A stretch of DNA of 61,587 bases, the filler included, from Candidatus Woesearchaeota archaeon (GTDB lineage: Archaea > Nanobdellota > Nanobdellia > Woesearchaeales > BM511), in NCBI GenBank assembly GCA_023266675.1. It is 4 parts of 4 records of this genome, joined end to end, with 100 filler letters (N's around TTAATTAATTAA, not from the genome) between each part and the next. Parts side by side here need not be neighbours in the genome. Positions count along the whole stretch, not along the records: positions 46,661 to 61,587 come from JAHFPP010000034.1; 3 more parts are not named here. The stretch is one strand, 5' to 3'. The position numbers and the translations under genes were made by a program. Below the pieces are notes generated by a model. It made no database searches, was not told where the DNA came from, and saw only the letters and a program-made list of their open reading frames with translations. Below are positions 59,769 through 61,587 of the stretch, one piece after another; the stretch's first letter is position 1, and every line of letters starts with the position of its first letter.

Positions 59769-60020
59769 GTCCAGTGTCCAGTGGGGGTATTTTAAAGACG
59801 ACAAAGATAGTGTCCAGTGGAAACATTGAAAGAGGTTGTTTTAATGATTTTTTAGAAAGTTTATCTAAAGATAAAAAAACGATGTCCAGTGACTAATTAT
59901 AAAAAATTAAAATTATATATTAGTTATTTATTATATTTATTTTATATTAGTTATTTTTCTTACAAAATTGAATAAAATAGAAATATTTATATATATAATT
60001 CCTACATATTAGTTATTATT
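59769..60020 (+). promoter_or_regulatory. Candidate replication origin: ORB-like boxes plus AT-rich stretch
   Basis: Four GTCCAGTG copies (59769, 59776, 59812, 59884), one as TCCAGTGGAAAC, followed by an almost pure A/T tract. Confidence 0.5.
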
Positions 60021-60116
60021 AGCGTAAAAGAGTCGAAATCAGAGATTGAACTTATAAAAAAATTAATAGATAATGTTAGTTCTAACTATAATCTTTCAAA
60101 AACAGAAATTTTAGAT

Positions 60117-60503
60117 ATGCTTCAAGAACCGTCTGATGTTATTGACGCTGCTGTTTTTTCTAGTGAGATACTCGCTCCAACAGAAGTTTTAGTAAAATAT
60201 CTGCGTGAAAAAAAGTTTAACAAATTCTCAGAAATTGCAAAATTTCTAAAACGAAACCAAAACACGATTCAAACAACTTACAAGAACGCTCAAACTAAAT
60301 ATCCAAAAAATATTACATTCAGAACTTCTAACATAAATATTCCACTATCATTATTTTCTACAAATAAATTAACAGTATTTGAATCCTTGATTAAATATCT
60401 ACGTGAAAAAAATAACATGACAAACAATGAGATAGCAAAACTGCTCAACCGGTCAAATAAAACAATCTGGACAGTTTACGAGCGGACAAAAAACAAAAAA
60501 TGA
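60117..60503 (+). CDS. Tandem HTH protein
   Basis: Two copies of E.L.KYLREK...EIAK.L.R...TI.T.Y. Confidence 0.75.
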   Translation: MLQEPSDVIDAAVFSSEILAPTEVLVKYLREKKFNKFSEIAKFLKRNQNTIQTTYKNAQTKYPKNITFRTSNINIPLSLFSTNKLTVFESLIKYLREKNNMTNNEIAKLLNRSNKTIWTVYERTKNKK

Positions 60504-61587
60504 ATAAAAACAAATTAAAACAGAATATTGGAAAGCTGATAATAGTTTTAACTTTCTTAATTTTGTCTGCAAATGTTTTTGGTTCTAGAGTTTCATATAC
60601 GCCGCAGATTTGCTTAAACGGTGATTGCCAGACTTCATGGCCTACAATAAATGGAGCAACAATCGCTGCCGGGTGGACAAACACATCAACAACAACATCA
60701 ACAAATCTTAATGTAAATTTAACACGTTCAAACTTAGCAATAACAAACGGAACATTGAATATTTTTAGTCAGGCAAATAATGTTACTGTATTAAATTCAC
60801 ATATTGGTTTAGTTAATATTACAAATACTGCTACGGGAGGAACGATAACTACAATTCTTGTTAACGGAGTAAACTATACAGTTCACACTTTTACAACTAA
60901 CGGAACTTTTACGCCAAACTTCAATGGAACTGTAGAATATCTAATAGTTGCAGGTGGAGGAGGTGGAGGAGGAGTAAATAATGACTGGCCACAAGGTGGC
61001 GGTGGCGGAGCAGGAGGATTTAGAAATGGAACAAATTATTCTGTAAATTCAACAAATTCTATTAATGTAACTATCGGAAACGGAGGAGCTGGTTCTTCTA
61101 GTGGAGCTAAAGGAGGTTCATCAGGAGGTAATTCTACCTTTGGATCAATTACATCTCAAGGTGGTGGCGGTGGCGGTGGAGTTGATACAAAAGGATTAAA
61201 CGGTGGATCTGGAGGAGGAGGAGGATTTTATGCAAACCCTGATTTATTTTTACCAGGTAATGGAACTAGTGGTCAAGGGAATAATGGAGGTAACGGAACT
61301 GGTGGTAGAAACACACCTGATGCAGGTGGAGGAGGGGGAGGAGCCGGAGGGATAGGATCAATTGGTGTTTCTGGAACTTCAGGAGGTAATGGAGGTAATG
61401 GATTAAACTCATCAATTAATGGATCAAATGTATCATATGCAGGTGGTGGCGGTGGTGGTATAACAGATGCAGCGTCTGGCGCAGCAGGATTAGGAGGATC
61501 AGGTGGTGGTGGAAATGGCGGAAAATCTGCTAGCGGAGCTAACGCAATAACAAACACTGGTGGAGGAGGAGGAGGAAATGGTGGGGG
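60500..61587 (+). CDS. Secreted glycine-rich surface protein, runs off the window (absent from ORF track)
   Basis: MNKNKLKQNIGKLIIVLTFLILSANVFG signal, ICLNGDCQTSWP, ATGGTI..YTVHTFT..VEYLIVAGGGGGG and many GGGGAGG repeats. Confidence 0.85.
   Translation, partial: MNKNKLKQNIGKLIIVLTFLILSANVFGSRVSYTPQICLNGDCQTSWPTINGATIAAGWTNTSTTTSTNLNVNLTRSNLAITNGTLNIFSQANNVTVLNSHIGLVNITNTATGGTITTILVNGVNYTVHTFTTNGTFTPNFNGTVEYLIVAGGGGGGGVNNDWPQGGGGGAGGFRNGTNYSVNSTNSINVTIGNGGAGSSSGAKGGSSGGNSTFGSITSQGGGGGGGVDTKGLNGGSGGGGGFYANPDLFLPGNGTSGQGNNGGNGTGGRNTPDAGGGGGGAGGIGSIGVSGTSGGNGGNGLNSSINGSNVSYAGGGGGGITDAASGAAGLGGSGGGGNGGKSASGANAITNTGGGGGGNGG

Noticed and set aside
61273..61557. Proline-rich minus-strand ORF
   Set aside because: Antisense shadow of the GGN codons of the glycine-rich gene

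Overview
The window is four unrelated contigs of about 15 kb joined by artificial 100-nt N/TTAATTAATTAA linkers (15578-15677, 31074-31173, 46561-46660), so gene order across linkers means nothing. Contigs 1, 3 and 4 are archaeal and resemble DPANN/Woesearchaeota. They carry HerA, Mre11, GatCAB, PCNA, RadA, RadB, uS2, eL41, intron-containing tRNAs (including a rare two-intron tRNA-Ile(UAU)), the edge of an integrated element at tRNA-Met, a bacterial-style purine cluster with split PurH, and a candidate ORB-type origin. Contig 2 (15678-31073) is different and probably viral. About 35 short, mostly unrecognisable genes lie on the minus strand and are punctuated by 29 copies of a length-invariant 28-nt element, TTCT-N15(T-rich)-TGACCTATA on the coding strand. 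The element sits hard against the upstream stop codon and lies either exactly 5 nt or 14-32 nt before the next ATG. It looks like a modular one-promoter-per-gene cassette array with leaderless units, built-in terminators, ORF-less units and signs of unit shuffling. This is the most novel system here. All protein calls come from motif recognition by eye; no database searches were run.
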